Below, in pieces: positions 1 to 41,409 of a DNA stretch of 64,000 nucleotides. Made by a program: the position numbers and the translations under genes. Origin of the DNA: Paraspadella gotoi (Eukaryota; Animalia; Chaetognatha); NCBI GenBank assembly GCA_051294375.1, contig CM119263.1, positions 20,054,115 to 20,118,114 of the forward strand. The letters are read 5' to 3'. The notes below the pieces were generated by a model. It was given only the letters and a program-made list of their open reading frames with translations. It was not told the DNA's origin and made no database searches. The first letter of the stretch is position 1, and every line of letters starts with the position of its first letter.

Positions 1-165
1 TTTATTCTTCGTGACGTCAGACACAAAAATTACAACGAACAGTAGCTGTTTACATTGAACGGGAAATCGTTTGCATGTGATAAAAAACCTAATTACAAAG
101 AATATTCATACAATTACAAGCAGTGAGCTGCAAGTACGTTGGCCAGTTTAACAAGAATCTATTAC

Positions 166-29410
<29,245 letters not shown>

Positions 29411-31616
29411 TTGGAGGCGCGAGAGAAAGAAGAGGAAATGAAGAAAAAAAAGGGGGAGAAAAAAGAAAAAAAGGGAAAAGCTAACAAGAGAGACGAAAAT
29501 AATAGAAAAAGAGCTGAGGACGAGATGAAAAAGGAAAATTAAAATAAAAAAAAAAGAAAAAAAGAGGAAAAGAAAGGAAAAAGAAAAACTCGGGGGAGGA
29601 GAGTAAAAGCTTTGGGAACTTAGATTTTGTTTTTTCACTCAGATCGTAAATTGGGTGAAAGTGAGATATAAACGATTAATTTTCTGGTTTCCGGTCTCCA
29701 GAAACGATTTCTCTGAAAATAAAAATGGAGTCGGGGTAAGGAAATAAAACATTTGATTCGAGGAGCGCGGGGGAAAACTTGCCAGAAGAAATATAAATAA
29801 AAACGTGTGAAAAATAGAGAGAAAAGAGAGAGCTTAATGTTCGAGAGAGCGAGAGAAGGAGAAGTAAAAAGAGGAAGGGACTACTTTTCTCCTCCACTGT
29901 TGAGCGTATTTAGTCGCGTAAACTATCCAGTAGCGATTTTAATTATCTTCGTTTAGGCTCCGCCGTCGACCGCCGTCAGCCATTGTTCAGTTGTTGATCC
30001 TTTCAATTTCCCCATTCGTAAAAATTGTTCCTGAGATTTTTATCCGGGGGATTTTATATTTTTAAATTTAAAATCTAATCGCAGCATTTATCAAAAAAAG
30101 TGTTTTCGACTTGGCGCCCCATGAAGCTTGATTTAGGCGAAACTAAAATGAAAAAAATACAATTATCAAAACCATGAATTAGTTAAATTTATCGATTCAG
30201 GACGCTTTGAAGTTTGTAATTTTCAATGAGAACCAAAGTCTTAGTTAAAAGCAAAAAAAGGTTTTGCACTTCCAATATAGTAAAATATAGTAAAATTGAG
30301 GGTAAAGATGAAACCTTCATCAACGAAGCTAAACTCTCCCTTCTATGCGATTCAAAGCCGCAACTCCAACTCCAACTCTAACTCCAACGCCTCAAGCGAC
30401 ACCCTTCATTTTCCCTCTTTTTTTATCTTTTGTTCGGCGACCAAAGTTTTTTTTTTCTCATCCGACGTCTTAACGCGAATCGAAACGAGATTAAAAATGA
30501 GCGAGAGAAAAGTCGATGAGCGGAGGGAGAGGGAGAGGAAGGCAGAGAGAGAGAGAGAGAGACATTAACGAAGAGAAATAGAGAAAGAAAGAATTGGAAT
30601 CTTTTTCCCATTGCACAATGCACACCAAGTATAAATTCAATGTTTTTAAAAAATTTGAATATGAGGCGACTTACCACTGGTCTATTATTTTCGTCTTCTA
30701 CAAATATTGTTTTTTTTTTAACTTGAGCTTTAACTTTATCTTCAACAACTTGAAATCAAATTACAAATATATAGAATAAATAGTTTCTTAATTTGTTAAT
30801 GTCGCCCTATTAGACTACAAATTAAAAAAGCGAAAAGGAATTAACGATCGAGAAAAGCGACTCTCAAGACTTTATTCAAAATATTTAATTGTTTCTGGTA
30901 ACAGAATATGAAAGAGTTGATTGGAAAGAAAACCGCGCCATCAGAATTCAAAATCATTCTTTCGGTCTGAACATAACCACATCGCTCTTTTATTAAATAT
31001 TAAATTTAAACAGAAAACAACAATAAACTAAAAATTAAATAAAAAAATGATAGCAAGAAAAAACAGAGATATCAAATATAAATTTAGAGAACAATAAATG
31101 AATAACGTAAGGTCTTCTCAGTCCGTCTTACGACTAGATTCAAAATATTTCAAAGTTTTAAAAAATAGTCAACCAAAATGCAAGTCAAATAAATAAAGTA
31201 ATCATCTTGGTTTTGAATTTAAAATTTAAAACATAACATAACATTTTCATCTCACGATTTAAAAACAAAAAACTAAAGGTAATAAAAAAATTAAAAGAGA
31301 AGTTAGGTTTGGTTAAAATCTTCGAGCTCAGTCTCATTCCCTCTTCCGACATTCACGGTCCAAACTAATTGCAGCAGATCTTCACCCGAGCCTCACCCAT
31401 CATCCAATCTTCGTCCGTTCCTCTATCCGATCCTCGCCTTATTCTCACCCAAACCTTACTCCGTCCTCTCCCCACCTCTTAATGACTTCTCCCAAGCGGC
31501 GAGAGTCTCGCTTCTTCAGGGATTTCATCACTTCTCTCGAATCCCTATTGTTCCACGAATCAACTTCGTCCGTCGAGATACTTCGGTTCAGTTTCATCAA
31601 CTCTAATGTTCAATTG

Positions 31617-32200
31617 TTTTTAAACAAGTTTGAGCAAACGATGTCGGATCTGCCTACGTAATTAAGCGGTAATCAGCTAATCAGATGATTAATTAATTAA
31701 TTAATTAATATAAAAAAGATGCAATTTAAAAAATGATGCAATTTAAAAAAAATTATGCGAGTTAAAAAAATGATGCGAAGTGAAAAAATGATGCGAGTTA
31801 AAAAAATAATGCAAGTTGAAAAAATAATGCCAGTTAAAATTTTTTTAAAAATTACGGTGAATTATCATCTGATTAGCTGATTACCGACATCGTTTGCTCA
31901 AACTTGTTTAAATCTGACTTATGTTTTTTCCATTTAAACTCATTTCCACTCGCACGTTTCCACCGAAAATTTATATCAAGCTTCGTCACACACTTTCCTA
32001 CCCACACAAAAAATCCAATTATGATTAATTAGAGTAATTATTAAAAAGATTTTAGTAAATGCGACTTATGTTTTTTCCATTTAAACTCATTTCCGCTTGC
32101 ACTTATCCATCAAAACTTTATATCCAGCTTCATCAAACACTTTCCTACCCACACACAAAATTTCATTTCAATCCAACCATCCAATCACGAGTAATTGGAG
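31617..32200 (+). mobile_element. Family D copy with rearranged inverted ends around a ~17-bp tandem array
   Basis: TTTAAACAAGTTTGAGCAAACGATGTCGG..GGTAATCAGCTAATCAGATGAT (31619-31690) is inverted at 31863-31911 around (AAAAAATGATGCRAGTT)n, followed by two family-D units. Confidence 0.7.
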
Positions 32201-32205
32201 CTTTT

Positions 32206-32297
32206 TGCTCCGTCATAAGGCAAGGGGGCATCGATGTTTGAAAAGGCCTAAATGGGCCTTTTCAAACATCGATGCCCCCTTGCCGTATGACGGAGCA
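32206..32297. repeat. Near-perfect 92-bp palindrome
   Basis: TGCTCCGTCATAAGGCAAGGGGGCATCGATGTTTGAAAAGGCC pairs with GGCCTTTTCAAACATCGATGCCCCCTTGCCGTATGACGGAGCA with one mismatch. Confidence 0.9.
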
Positions 32298-32397
32298 GCG
32301 AATCTCTCTCGCTCTCTCTGGCTGAATGATTTTGAGTCAGGATCGACAAATACAACAACGATAATTTGAACGATAGTTTGAATGATGGATTAATTGT

Positions 32398-32511
32398 TTA
32401 GGGTTTTGGTTAGGGATAAGGTTAGTTTAGAGGAAAGATATTAGGGATTAGGGTTGGGATTAGGGTTAGGGGCTCGCGATTAGGGTTGGGATTAGGGTAA
32501 GGGATTAGGGT
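32398..32511 (+). repeat. Degenerate interstitial TTAGGG-like tract
   Basis: TTAGGGATTAGGGTTGGGATTAGGGTTAGGG.. units, bracketed by an imperfect ~36-bp direct repeat at 32340 and 32602. Confidence 0.7.
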
Positions 32512-33190
32512 CATTTTTCCCAACGCTACTTTTGCAACAATAAAATTCAGGCATGCTGGGTGACTCAGCAAGAGAAAGAATTAAGCCTCTGTCAAGATCG
32601 GGATCGACAGAAACGACGACGATAATTTGAACGATGGAGGAAGCAGTTGCGACGGTGAGAGCGACGACAAAAGGAGTGACGCATTAAACGACGATGAAAG
32701 TAGCAAAAGATACGATTTTTGTGCGTGTGTTTCAAAAAAATATAAAGCTAGCATTTTTACTGTTGGGACAGGCTAACTATACCAATATGGTGGTAGGGAA
32801 TCTGATGGTAAGGTCAAAAACCGTCGCAAACCTCGATATCGCTTGACTACCAGGCCCTGAATGAGCATTTTTAGCTTGTTTTAGAATTTCCAATAATTTT
32901 TGTAGTTTATTATTATCCAACTGAAATAAACAATAATTAATTAGTTTTTTATTCTTTTTTTACCCATTGTAAAGTACAATTAATGGTTGTACTTTAATAT
33001 TTTTTTCTTTCTTAGCCCTGAAACGAGTATAATACCTCAAAAAAAGTTTTTTTTTTAAATTTTGCTAAAAGTTTTATTCTGATTTTTTTTGTAATCACTA
33101 ATTTTAAATTTGCAAACATTTAATTCAGAATAAGTAAAAGTCTTTGGTTTGTTTTGGCAATGGTAAAGTTTTATTTATCTTCATAGTAAA

Positions 33191-33232
33191 TTATGGACAT
33201 GTTTTGACGAAGTCATATCTTCATCAGCATAA
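33191..33232 (-). ncRNA. Decayed minimal type I hammerhead ribozyme (G12-to-A change)
   Basis: Minus strand TTATG CTGATGA A GAT-ATGACTTC-GTC AAAA C AT GTC CATAA: stem I TTATG/CATAA, core CUGAUGA and GUC site are intact, but GAAA reads AAAA. Confidence 0.6.
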
Positions 33233-33898
33233 ATTAAAAATTTTTGGAGACATAGTTTGAGAAAAAAAGAAAGAGGAGAGAGAGTGAGAGAGATAGAATG
33301 GTTTCCTTTTTAAACCATGTCTCCCAAAACTTTTAATTTGCACTGATGAAAACTCTAGTAATTCACCAAGACCCTATTATTACAGTATTATTTTTTAATT
33401 ATATTAAAAAGAAATTCATAATATTAAAGTAAAAGTGATGAATAAAATTTCAAAGCTTCAGAATTGAGTATTGATATCAGAGAAAGACAAGGAGACAATA
33501 GATAATATACAATATTGATTAATCGCGGGAGAGAGAGAGAGAGCAAGAGAGAAAGAAATAAAGAAAGCAAAAAACAGCTACGTGTGATAGAGACTGAAAC
33601 GGGTGAAATAAAAGGTAAGTATGGGTTTTTGATTGAAAGAATATCCAAATTTATCTCCCTTTTTTACCCGTATTTGACCCCAAAAGTTTAAAAATTTTTT
33701 TTAAACTTTGGCTCTGGGCAATAATATTAAATTTCCTTGAGGGAACGTGTTCCTTAGCTCGGCTAATTAATAATTGGGATTAGTGACTAGTTATGTATTA
33801 AATTTTATTTTGTTCATGGTATAATCCTTTCTTTCGTTGTTTTTGAGAGAATAACAAAGTTTTGATTTAATTTGTACAACGATTTTATTTTGTATCTT

Positions 33899-33942
33899 AG
33901 CAGACATGTTTCGGCTAATAGATTCGAGCCTTCATCAGCGCT
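33899..33942 (-). ncRNA. Minimal type I hammerhead ribozyme (Penelope-like element type)
   Basis: Minus strand AGCG CTGATGA A GGCT-CGAATCTATT-AGCC GAAA C AT GTC^TGCT: intact core, 4-bp stem II, palindromic ACATGT stem III and stem I AGCG/TGCT. Predicted cleavage between 33903 and 33902. Confidence 0.85.
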
Positions 33943-34300
33943 GTAAAATTGTAAAATTGAAAAAAAAAAATTGTAAAATTGTAAAATTGTAAAATTGAAC
34001 AGATTTTGTGAGTTAAAGAAAGGGAGAGAGGGAGAGAGAGAGTGAAGAAGAAGTTCAAGGTTAAAGCTTCCAACAAAGAATTGAGAAAGGACAGTGGTCA
34101 GGACAGATTTTAGACAAGGCCAGTTTGAATAAGTTGTGAAAAAGAAGTGAAAATTTCATGAGATAGAGAGAGATAGAAAGGGGGGAGAGAGAGAGAGAGA
34201 GGAAATATATACAATTACATTTGGCAATGTATAACAGGGATAAAGATAATGGAAACTTGAAATGTTCTGTCTAATAACAATTTGAAAATAAATTAATTTG

Positions 34301-34808
34301 AGTTATAAGAAATTGAAGACGAAAAAAAGAAAATTGAAATTTGATATTTTTAGATTAGAGGGATAGATAAGTAAAGATTGTAGTGAAATATAAGGATTGA
34401 GAAAGAGCTCAAAATGACGGCTGCAGGAGGATGAAGAGGACTCCACCATCCCTGTCAACAAAATGGCAAGAGTGGACACCTGCCCGCCTCACCGTCAGGT
34501 GAGAAGAGGTCCGTCGGCAGGCGTATCAGGCCAGAGGGATATTAGGGTGGCCTTGGGTTTGTTTTCTCAGGGAACAATACCTGAGCCAGCTTACACGAGA
34601 TCAATCCTATTATCTTCCCAACCAATGACACGCCAATGACCCGGCACAGTCAGCAATGCCTTTCCTTCACGAGACCGGGGGGGGGCCCAGCTCATTTTGA
34701 GCTCTTTCTCAATCCTTATATTTCACTACAATCTTTACTTATCTATCCCTCTAATCTAAAAATATCAAATTTCAATTTTCTTTTTTTCATCTTCAATTTC
34801 TTATAACT
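34301..34808. repeat. 117-bp inverted repeat arms enclosing a 274-bp GC-rich spacer
   Basis: 34301-34417 is the reverse complement of 34692-34808 with one mismatch. Confidence 0.95.
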
Positions 34809-36188
34809 TCGACACGTCAACCAAGGGCCCAACATTCATATTTTTTATTTAAAAATAAACAATAGTTTTGACCTTTGCATTGTGTTAATAAGCCAAAATT
34901 ATTTTTTATTGTCTTTTTAAAATAAAAAACCGATTGGATTGTTTTCAGTAATTTACTTGAAAAATAATAATTAATAAAATAATAAATATAAAATTTAAAA
35001 AGTTTTAACCTATTTTAAATGAAAGAAATTGTTTTATATTAAATCTATTTTTATACATTTTTATACAATTTTGATTGAACTTCGCCTTTAAAGTGATTGA
35101 TAAAGTCAAAACAGGGAAAAATGCTCTTTCTGGGCCCTGTTTTTTAAAACTGTTACTTCAAATTATGATAAATATTAAAGTTTATATAATAAAAAGTGTA
35201 ATTTACTTTTTTTTTAATTTAAAAAAGTAATCTAAATAGATTAATGATATTAAACGTTTAAAAATGTGGGAAAAATTGGAAAATGCTCATTCAGGGCCCG
35301 GTAGTCAAGCGATTTCGACTAAACTGAGCAATTTCGACCTCACCATCAAATTTCTCACCCCAAAATTGGTCTAATAAGCCTGTCCAACCATTAAAAATAT
35401 AATTTTGAGTTTTTTTGAAAGGTTTGAGTCCGCTGCTTCAGGAGCCGCAGCAATGGGGCTTCTTTGAAAAAAAGTGCCGAAGTATCTAAAATGGTCCACA
35501 AAGTTTTTATTTTGACGAATCAAACAATTTAACGTTTTGGAAACTTAATTCGTATTCCCTCGAATGTTTGTTTGTCATAAATTTCGATCTGCGAAACTTG
35601 GCGGCCAGTTCCATTGAATCCGGATTCTTCGAACGAACCTAAATATTTCTCCAAATCCCGTAAACTAAAAAGGTAGTAAATCTTGACATAATTGACTTAG
35701 CGTGCTCCCGCGTCACGACTTAAACATCTCATAATTCAAGAGAAGCCAGTCGTTGGGTCGCTCGACCCCTAATCTCATCAACGCACCTTGAATGGAGAAA
35801 AGAGAAAAGAGGCCTCATAATTCCGTCCCTCGGTCGCTAATTTCTCCGACGCTTTTTTGACTGATGTCCGTCATTTTTCGTTGGGTTAAACCTTTGATTT
35901 TTGATCGATTGTGCGTTTTTTTTTTCATGATTGCGTTCAATTTCCGGTTATGAACTTACAACCGTATCTTTCTCGGAATCTTTGATTGGAGTTCTCGGTC
36001 GAGAATTTTATTACAATCAAGAATATGCGAGTGGGTGAGAAAAACTGAGAAAAGATGAAGGAAGGAGGGAGATAGAGAGAGAGAGAAAGGAAGTGACGGA
36101 AAAAGAGAGCATCCTAGAGATTAAGGAAATGAGATAGTTCATTTTAATAAAAACCCAAATCGATCGAGGGAAAATAAGAGTTAGTCCG

Positions 36189-36248
<60 letters not shown>

Positions 36249-36711
36249 AGACAGATATATAGTGAGAAAGAAAAGAGAAAGAGAGAAAGAGAAAAAGAGA
36301 GAACGATAGAGGGAGAAATGTGAGTTGAGAATCGCGAAAGGGACATTATCTTTGCTGAGAAGGAAGGAGACAGTGAGAGACATTTCATGTAGAGAGGGTA
36401 ATTATGGAAATAGGAAAGTCTTGGACGAAGTTTGAGTTTCTATGGGGCTGGCGACGCCGTCGTGGTTGAGAGAAAGTAAGAAAGAAGAAAGTTAAATTAA
36501 AGAAACAAATGAAAATAAACAATGAGAGACAGATTCATTGAGATAAACACAGAAATAGAAAAGAAATGAGAGGTATAGTAAATAATTGAAGGAGAAATGA
36601 AAGAGAGAGAGAGAGAGATGAAAAAAATTAGTATTGTTTTGTTCATTTGTTATCTTTTATCGAATGTCGCCCAAATCGGTCGCCAACTCGCTCGCTGTCT
36701 TTCAACACAAA

Positions 36712-36922
36712 GAGATTTAAAGATTTAAAAGATTTAAAAGATTTAAAAGATTTAAAGTATTTAAAAATTAAAAGATTAAAGATTTAAAAGATTTTAAGAT
36801 TTAAAAGATTTTAAGATATTAATATTTTAAGATTTTAAGATTTTAAAGTTTAGATAAAGATTTAAAGTTTTCTGGATATTAGGATTTTTAAGATTTTAGA
36901 ATTTTTAGATCTAAGATTTTAA
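36712..36922. repeat. AT-rich short-period tandem repeat (AAGATTT(A/T)A)n
   Basis: About 20 degenerate 8-9-bp units. Confidence 0.85.
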
Positions 36923-39425
36923 GGCCGACTTTCGCGAATAGCAATGGAATGGAATCGGGTTTAAATCTCATTCGGTTTTCGATTTTCGACAAAAAAGAAA
37001 ATGAAATCTGAACCTCACCAGTTTATCGCTTATGTAATGAGGTAAAGAATGGCGCGGTGTTCTTTAAGATCGGCGAACGCGAACCAACAAATCTTCGGCG
37101 ATTTAAGTAGTACTTCGACAGCGACGATGATGATGACGATGACGACGACGACGACGATGATGATAAATTCCGAGATATTGAGTGAGACGAAGAGTCTGAA
37201 ATTCATTCGACGCGAGCGTCACATTCCTTAGTCGAATTATGACAGGGATTGGCTCGAGAATTTTTTTAAATAAGTGTGTGTCCGCCGTCATCGTCTTCAC
37301 CGTCGACGTCGTTGTAGTCAGCGTCGTCGTTGTCAAAACTGTCGTCGTCGTTGTCGTCGAGGCGCACGAATAACTTTTCCACGTTTTTTTTTTATTCATT
37401 CTGATCGAATAAAATGTTTGATTTTTTTATTCATGAACATTGATAGTGTAAAGCGATGCGGTCGCTCGCTCGAATGACGTTTCTTCGCGCTTTCGCCGGA
37501 TTTAAAAAAAGAAAATCCCTTTCGGGCGAGACGACGCGATATCAACTTGTTTATTCCGTCGAGGATGAAACTCCTTGCAGCGTAGAAGCGACGAGACCGA
37601 AGATTACGTGGGCATTGACACCCGCGACCGTGAATGGGCGTGTCTGGACGCTGCGGGGGGCGTGTGGGCTAGGGGGGCTGAGGTTGCTATAAATGCGGGA
37701 GATGTAGGAGCAAGTATTCAGCGGATTAACGACCTCGTGGTGGAACGTAAGAAGCCCGAGGAAAATCCAATCCTTTCAATCTCGATGTTAATTCCATTAA
37801 ACCGATAATAAATCTGAGATGGCGTTTCCGGCCGAGGAATCTTTAAGACGTCCACGGATCAATGATCGAACAGAACATCGATTAACAATTACTTATGGTG
37901 AACTAAAATCCACAAACCGTTCATCTCCCGACAGCTGGCGCTCGGGGCTTTAAACCTACAGTGACCACCCTAATAGAGTGTTTAAATCGGTAGCATTGAA
38001 AAGAAGAACCCGCTCCTCGACCAAGCGGAGAGGGAGAAGACGTCGGAAGAGAAACCGTACTGAAAACCGGGATCGCAGGCGCCGTAATGTTTATAAATAG
38101 TTCCTATCCACTTGGCGTCTTGTTGATAGTAATTGGTACCTTAATAAAATAAAGCATATAGATATTCCAGTTTCTTTGACCGACAAGCAACTGCAATATC
38201 TATATCAGACACTATGAAACACGAAGAGTTACAATTGATCACGAATACTCTTGTTGAAACGCCGAATCCTGAACGACCGCGAAAGAGAGACGATGAGACG
38301 AAAGTCAATATCTCCCTTGAATGGGAGAGAAAGAAGCATCTGAGTTATAGATAGTCGTCTGGCCCTTAAACCTATTACACTTAACCAGTGGGACCGTCAG
38401 GGGAATGTACCCGTAAATGCCAGTAGGTAAGCGAGCTGTCCATTGTCCCAGCCATTGGGCCGTGTTGTACAGGAGGCGAATTGAGATTTCGCCCAAAATA
38501 CTTCGTTTTCCTTCTTTGCTATATTCTTGCTCCCATTACTGACCCGTCGGTCACCGAATTCCTCTGCTACCTCAACCACCTCGATGTCCCCCCTTCCCCC
38601 CCACCAAAACCGCTCCTCCAACCACTCTCACAAAAAAAAGACGGCTCGCATCATTCGCGTTTGAAAATATGCAGTTTATCCCGAGAGGAAATGAATATTT
38701 CTTTGGAGTTGAATCGCCTCCCTGGGACGCGACGCTTTCTCTTTCTCGATGTTCGCCTCCGAGAAAAAGATAATTCATTAATTTTCAACGAGGGAACGAA
38801 AGAACGAGTTGATAAATATTGTGATAAAACAATGTATAATCGTACGCCGTACCTTCGGCTGGGCCGTCATCCCAGTTCGGTCGTTTTGCAATGCGACAAT
38901 TTTGTAAACTGTACCTAAAAATTGCTGGGTTTGCGGGAAAGGCTCTTGGCCGTTTTTTTTTTTCTTACTGTTCTCTTTGATTATTCTCTTTTATTCGCCT
39001 GGAATTAGCGAGGGCTCAAACGAAGGTCGTTCAGTATTCACCGGGATTCCCGATGAGAAAGTTTCTTTCCTTTTTTTTTCAAAATCAGTGACAGAAAGTT
39101 TTCTTTTCGATGGGCGGAAATTCGGAAATAAACTTTAAAAATCTCGCATCAAGTTTGATCGTGTTGTGACTTGTGCCTCTCACGTCGAGAAAAGTTTTGA
39201 CATTTTAAATTATTTAATTCATTTTTATTTCATTTTTTCCCTCGTATTTTCCTTTTTTCGTCTCATTCATAAAAAAAAAAGGGGGGGGGAAGAATTTTCC
39301 CCCTTTTTTTTTACGCAGACGACGACGACTCTGAATTCGCAATAAAGCAAAGAAAATTTCTTTTTTAGTCAAGACAATCCGACAGCAATGTCAGAAAATT
39401 GTTTCAAATCCTTTTAAGATCAAGG

Positions 39426-39473
<48 letters not shown>

Positions 39474-40240
39474 CTATAAAATTGGTACAACAAATTTGTA
39501 TATTTTTTTTCATACATATTTTGACGTAACCTTCAAAGAGACAAAAAATAACTAAATAAATTTAAAATCTAACCTTCTAAGACGAATTTACTCATCAAGG
39601 GATTTATCCCGAGACTGCCTTAAATCTTTTTCCAAAGAAAAGGAATAAAACTGATTCTTTTGTCAGCATTTGTCTTTTGTTTTTTTCTTCTTACTCCACA
39701 ATTAACTCGTCCGTTGTCAAGTGGTTTGGTTATGCAGTGCATAATATGCACTTAACAAGATATTCCTTTATCCGACGACCATTTTTTTGGATTTTGGGCA
39801 CAGATCACCACAAGATTCTTTCTTTTATTAACCCTTGTTAGTATTATGTAACACTGAGGCCTACTATATTGCCTTAGTTTCCTTTAAATTAATACTTATT
39901 AATACTTATACTTATCCTCCTTATTTCATTCTGCCATCATTTCCTCACATTCGTTTTTTCTGTCAACTTCTCTTTTCACTTTTGTCTCCCTTTCACTTTT
40001 TTTCTCGATAGTCGATACTAATGACCTAAAAGACTCTTCCTATATTTTTTTAGGTGTTTACTTCCTAAACAAGCTTTTAAACCCCTCATTACTCAGCCTC
40101 TACCATTTCCTTTTAACTCTCACATATTTATCGCTTCTCTAACGGCGTCACCGAGTCTCCAATCCTTTTAATGTCTACTATCATCATCATCATCATTATC
40201 ATCATTATCATCATAATCTTCATTATCATTACCATCATCA

Positions 40241-40287
<47 letters not shown>

Positions 40288-41359
40288 ATGAGAATTTAGA
40301 TGAGAAATTATAACATCAAATTAAAAAAAATATTATCAATATCATGAACAATGATCGTCAGGAACTAGACAAATTAAGATCTTCTAGGATTATTTTTAAA
40401 ACTTATTAAAATAAACAAATAAACAATATCGTAAATTTATTAAACGATTTCGGTATCGTGAAAAAAAATAAATACAGTTGACAGTGGGGCCTGGGAAGTT
40501 TTCGTTTAATTCTTTATTTTGCGGAGAAAAGGAAGAAAATTGATGTTTTTATCCACTAATGGTTTTTATTTTTAGATTCCTTATTTATGAAGCGCGAAAA
40601 ATGTGCCTCAAAATTGTCGCCTTAAGTACAAAAAATAGGAGCTAAAAAAATTGTTCGCCAGTTTAAAGTCTCACGAAAAGTGTAGCACAAAAGTGATGGT
40701 AAAGGTACCGGTTCTACCATCCAGTTGGTCGCACTCTGACGTGAAGGAAATTGAAATGAGAAAAAAACTGTTAATCGATGTAGTAGTAAATGGCAAGAAA
40801 GGTGGGACCGAAGGTAGAGCTACAATCGATGCATAAAAAAGAAAAAAAACAAAAAACAGAAAACAAAAAACAAAAAAAAAACACTCGGTTCTAGAGAAAA
40901 ACGGAGAAAAAACCGGAAACGGAAAAAAAGGGGATGGACGCGCGCACCGACGGAAGTCGCGTCGGTCCCGACGGAAAGACGCACGTGGAACGACGCGTTG
41001 GACGCGAGGGGGCGGCGCGTGACGGCGTGGGAAGAAGCGTGCAACATGAGAAGTCAGGTGACCGAGTGCGAGAGGTACCTTTTTTTTAAGTACGGCTCAT
41101 GTTACTAGTAGCGACCGAAGATAATTCGCGAGATGTCTGAGGAAAAGGGGGGGGGGTTGAAGGTTGTTGGTTGAAGGGAATTCGATGCTGCTGGGAAAAT
41201 TTCACCGGACCAGATTGAAAATCCCCCTGACAAGTCGAGGGAAGTCACCTTTCACGGCGTGATAAGTCGACAGAGGAAAAAAGTGAAAAGTCTCTCGAGC
41301 GAGATCGAAATAGAAAATTCATTGGATGTTAAGAGTGAAAGCGGGTGAAAGAGGGTGAA

Positions 41360-41409
<50 letters not shown>

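Larger units (their letters stand above)
32730..35420. mobile_element. Non-autonomous DNA transposon with ~140-bp imperfect TIRs and nested insertions
   Basis: ATCGCTTGACTACCAGGCCCTGAATGAGCATTT (~32838-32870) is inverted at 35281-35313; similarity extends out to TTTCAAAAAAA / TTTTTTTGAAA. True termini and TSD are not resolved. Confidence 0.7.

Noticed and set aside
38305-38484. Possible SINE or MITE with weak IR and A/B-like boxes
   Set aside because: Motifs too degenerate and no second copy in the window.
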